NCBI GenBank assembly: GCA_965224025.1
Contig: OZ245033.1
Span: 1,280,001-1,344,000, forward strand
DNA: 64,000 bases
From: Candidatus Multivorans sp.
Lineage (GTDB): Bacteria > Acidobacteriota > Thermoanaerobaculia > Multivoradales > Multivoraceae
Direction: 5' to 3'
Shown: piece by piece, positions 61,168 through 64,000 of the stretch
Position numbering within the stretch: the stretch's first letter is position 1
Layout of the letters: each line of letters starts with the position of its first letter
Position numbers and translations under genes: made by a program
Notes under the pieces: model-generated
Database searches by the model: none
Seen by the model: only the letters and a program-made list of their open reading frames with translations
What the model was told of the DNA's origin: nothing

Positions 61168-63909
61168 GTGATCGAGCGCGCCCTGGCCTGGTCGGCGGCC
61201 TTCGCCCGGCGCCGGCATCGGGGCGTGTTCGTGGTCGCGGCGGTGCTGGCGGTGCTCTGCGTGTTGTCGGCGACCACGCTCCGCTTCGATACGGAGATCC
61301 TGAACCTGCTGCCGGAGGACGATCCGGTGGTCACGACCTTCCGGTCGACGATCGAGGACTTCGGCAGTCTGGACTACCTGCTGGTGCTGGTGCGCCTGCC
61401 GGAGGATCAGCCGCTCGACCCGTACCTGTCCTTCGTCGACGAGCTTGGATCGTCGATGGAAGAACTCGCCGAGATCGACTACGTCGAGTACGACGTCGGC
61501 GAGGTGCTGGAGTTGATCGAGTTCTTCTCCGCGAACCTCTTCGTCTACCTCGACGAGCAGGGTCGGGAGGAGGTGGCGCGCCGGTTGACCGACGACGGCC
61601 TCAAGCTCCAGGTCGCCGAGCTGCGTCGGGGCTTGAGTTCCCCTCAGGCGCTCGTGTTGCGCGACCTGACGCTGCTGGACCCGTTGGACATCCACGAGGT
61701 CTTCCTGGAGCAGATCGAACTCACTCGCGGCCTCGAGGTCGACACCGGCACGGGTTACCTTCTTTCCGGGGACCGCTCGCGGGCGCTGATGATCGCGCGC
61801 CCCGCGCAGCCGGCTCAGGAGATCGAGTTCGGCCGCCGGCTGCTTGCGGCCATCGACGAGTTGACGGCGGATCTGCTGGCTCGCTGGCCGGAGATCTCCG
61901 GCGAGGAGGCGGACGGCGAGCCGTTGCCGGCGCCGGAGGTGGCTCTCGGCGGCACGTACGTGACGGCCGTCTCGGACGCGGGCACGATCGTCAGCGGACT
62001 GGTCGCGAACCTGGCGACGTCGCTGGTTGGCGTGCTGCTTCTGTTCGCCCTGGCGTTCCGCCGCGTCGGCCTGATCGTCTATGCCTTCGTACCGCTCGCC
62101 TTCGGGCTGGTGCTGGCCTTCGGTTTCGCCGGCACCGTGCTCGGTGAGTTGAACGCGTTGACCAGCGGTTTCGCGGCCCTGCTGGTCGGCCTGGGGATCG
62201 ACTTCGTGATCGTGTCCTACGGGCGCTACGTGGAGGAACGGCGCCGCGGGGCGGACCTGGAAGCGGCTCTGGTGGCGATGAGCGGTTCCTCGGGCCGCGC
62301 GGTCTGGACCGGCGCCATTACCACCGCGGCGACGTTCTACGCGTTCATGGTGACCGACTTCGTGGGGCTGCGGCAGATGGGGCTCCTGACCGGCACCGGC
62401 ATCCTCTTCTGCATGGTCTCGGTGCTCGTGCTGCTGCCGGCGATGCTGGCCTGGCGGGAGGATCGCCGCCGGACCGGGGGACGGATGCCGAGACTCGTCC
62501 TGCACGGCCTCGGCGCCCGCCGGCTGGTGCGCTGGAGCTTCAAGCGGCCGGTGCTGGTGATCTGCGCCTGCGCGGCGGTTACCGCGGCCACCGGCGCCCT
62601 TGCCCCTCGCCTGGAGTTCGAGGACGCGATCAGGGAGCTGCGACCGCAGGGGAATCCGGGCGTCGAGGTCCAGAATGAGGTCGCCGAGTATTTCGGATCG
62701 GGCTTGAACTACACGATGATCGTCCTGTCGGGCGCTACGGAGGAGGAAGTTCTGGAGCTCTCCATCCGGGCCGAGGAGGGCGCCCAGGAGCTGGTGGACA
62801 GCGGGATCCTCGCCGGGATGCGCGGGATCGGCAGTCTGATTCCTTCGCCGGCCAGCCAGGCCGCGGGACACGACTGGCTCGATCGTCACCGGGAGTTGCT
62901 GGCGGGGGAGCGCCTGAACGAGTTGTTCGACCGCTATGCCACGGAGGAGGGTCTGCGCGCGGAACCCTTCCGCCGGGGTATCGATCTGCTTGCCGACGCC
63001 GGGGCCAATCGCGAGCCGGTGACGGCGGCAACGTTGCGCGAATCGCCTCAGATCGAACGGATGCTGGAACGCTACATGGGCCGGAACGAGGACGAGACGA
63101 AGTTGGTCGTCTACCTGTATCCGCCGCCAGGCATGTGGCGCCGGGGTGCGCCGCCGGGGGCGCTTGAGCTCGCGGAGCGGCTGGGCCCGCAGGCCGAGGT
63201 CACCGGCGTGAACGTGGTCGGCGAGCGGCTGCGGAACGGCATTCGCGTCGATGCGGTGACGGCTTCCATCATCGGCTTCGTTCTGGTTGCCCTGCTCCTG
63301 TTCCTGGACTACCGCTGGCTGCTCAGCACCCTCCTGTCCCTGCTGCCCCTGTGCATCGGTGTGGTCTGGATGCTCGGGATCATGGTGCTGATCGGGCTCG
63401 ACATGAACTTCTTCAACGTGTTCGTCGTCACGATGATCATCGGCATCGGCGTCGACTACGGGGTGCACATGGTCCATCGCTGGCGCGAGATCGGCTTCGG
63501 CCCCGAGGCGCTTCAGGGCGAGCGTCTGGGCGCGGCCCTGGGCGAGACCGGCAAGGCGATCGTGCTCGCCGCCGTCTCGACCAGCGTCGGTTTCGGATCG
63601 CTCGCCCTGTCGCACTACCCGGGCCTGCGCTCGATGGGCATCGTCGCCATTCTCGGCGCCGTGGCCACCGCCCTGGTCTCGATCACGCTGTTGCCGGCCC
63701 TGGTCGCGCTCGGCCGGCGGCGCGCGGCGAGAGAAGGCGCTCCTGGGAACGCGGGCACCCTGCCCGCATCCGGTGACGCCCTTGGGAACGCGGGCATCCT
63801 GCCCGCATCCGGCGCGAAGCGCCGGTCCGGCGACGGGGCTGGGAACGCGGGCATCCTGCCCGCATCCGGCGCGAAGCGCCGGTCCGGCGACGGGGCTGGC
63901 CTCGCCTGA
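61168..63909 (+). CDS. MMPL/RND-family transporter
   Basis: Two TM bundles with GLGIDF and GIGVDYGVH, TSVGFGSL; C-terminus extended by repeats. Confidence 0.92.
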   Translation: MIERALAWSAAFARRRHRGVFVVAAVLAVLCVLSATTLRFDTEILNLLPEDDPVVTTFRSTIEDFGSLDYLLVLVRLPEDQPLDPYLSFVDELGSSMEELAEIDYVEYDVGEVLELIEFFSANLFVYLDEQGREEVARRLTDDGLKLQVAELRRGLSSPQALVLRDLTLLDPLDIHEVFLEQIELTRGLEVDTGTGYLLSGDRSRALMIARPAQPAQEIEFGRRLLAAIDELTADLLARWPEISGEEADGEPLPAPEVALGGTYVTAVSDAGTIVSGLVANLATSLVGVLLLFALAFRRVGLIVYAFVPLAFGLVLAFGFAGTVLGELNALTSGFAALLVGLGIDFVIVSYGRYVEERRRGADLEAALVAMSGSSGRAVWTGAITTAATFYAFMVTDFVGLRQMGLLTGTGILFCMVSVLVLLPAMLAWREDRRRTGGRMPRLVLHGLGARRLVRWSFKRPVLVICACAAVTAATGALAPRLEFEDAIRELRPQGNPGVEVQNEVAEYFGSGLNYTMIVLSGATEEEVLELSIRAEEGAQELVDSGILAGMRGIGSLIPSPASQAAGHDWLDRHRELLAGERLNELFDRYATEEGLRAEPFRRGIDLLADAGANREPVTAATLRESPQIERMLERYMGRNEDETKLVVYLYPPPGMWRRGAPPGALELAERLGPQAEVTGVNVVGERLRNGIRVDAVTASIIGFVLVALLLFLDYRWLLSTLLSLLPLCIGVVWMLGIMVLIGLDMNFFNVFVVTMIIGIGVDYGVHMVHRWREIGFGPEALQGERLGAALGETGKAIVLAAVSTSVGFGSLALSHYPGLRSMGIVAILGAVATALVSITLLPALVALGRRRAAREGAPGNAGTLPASGDALGNAGILPASGAKRRSGDGAGNAGILPASGAKRRSGDGAGLA
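63744..63897 (+). repeat. REP-like palindromes in frame in the MMPL 3' end
   Basis: TGGGAACGCGGGCA(T/C)CCTGCCCGC at 63744, 63783 and 63840; 57-bp tandem duplication. Confidence 0.85.
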
Positions 63910-64000
63910 TGTTCGAGGGTCTTCAGGACAAGCTCCAGGGAGTCTTCCGCTCCCTGCGCTCGGAGGGCCGCATCTCGCGGGACGACGTGCGGCGGGCGGT
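63909..64000 (+). CDS. ffh: Signal recognition particle protein, 5' end (runs off the window)
   Basis: MFEGLQDKLQGVFRSLRSEGRISRDDVRRA matches the Ffh N-terminus; only 30 codons visible. Confidence 0.75.
   Translation, partial: MFEGLQDKLQGVFRSLRSEGRISRDDVRRA

Overview
High-GC bacterial chromosome segment. Gene content (GWxTD protein, HspR plus HrcA, DUF1844-MazG, SpoIID-SPOR, IS1595/IS1634/ISL3 load) suggests an Acidobacteriota-like, possibly host-associated organism; this is inference. Most of the window is housekeeping: carAB, mce-meaB, dnaK-hspR, mazG, anti-sigma/STAS, dcd, glpX, queD/folE, mlaDFE, mrp, lpxH, aroA, thiL, lon, nrdR, hrcA-grpE-dnaJ, recX-alaS-pgsA, an MMPL transporter and the start of ffh. 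The most notable region is an accessory island at about 24.8-35.7 kb. There a small signal-peptide-bearing six-cysteine peptide precedes a secreted propeller-like / carboxypeptidase-regulatory-repeat gene. That gene is split by nested insertions: ISL3, inside it an IS1595 carrying a DNA methyltransferase-Mrr-like fusion and a 44-aa basic ORF, and an IS630. Removing the elements at their exact target duplications restores open frames. Other signals: a SelW-type selenoprotein with SECIS missed by the ORF track; a TPR/sigma54 activator followed by a -24/-12 promoter and a triple-HTH Lys/Ala-rich nucleoid-like protein; a frameshifted tyrosine recombinase with a dif-like site and an in-frame miniature copy 10 kb away; a 232-bp structured non-coding element upstream of carB; nested IS1634 relics; and several structured intergenic repeats. 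No rRNA, tRNA or CRISPR array was recognised.
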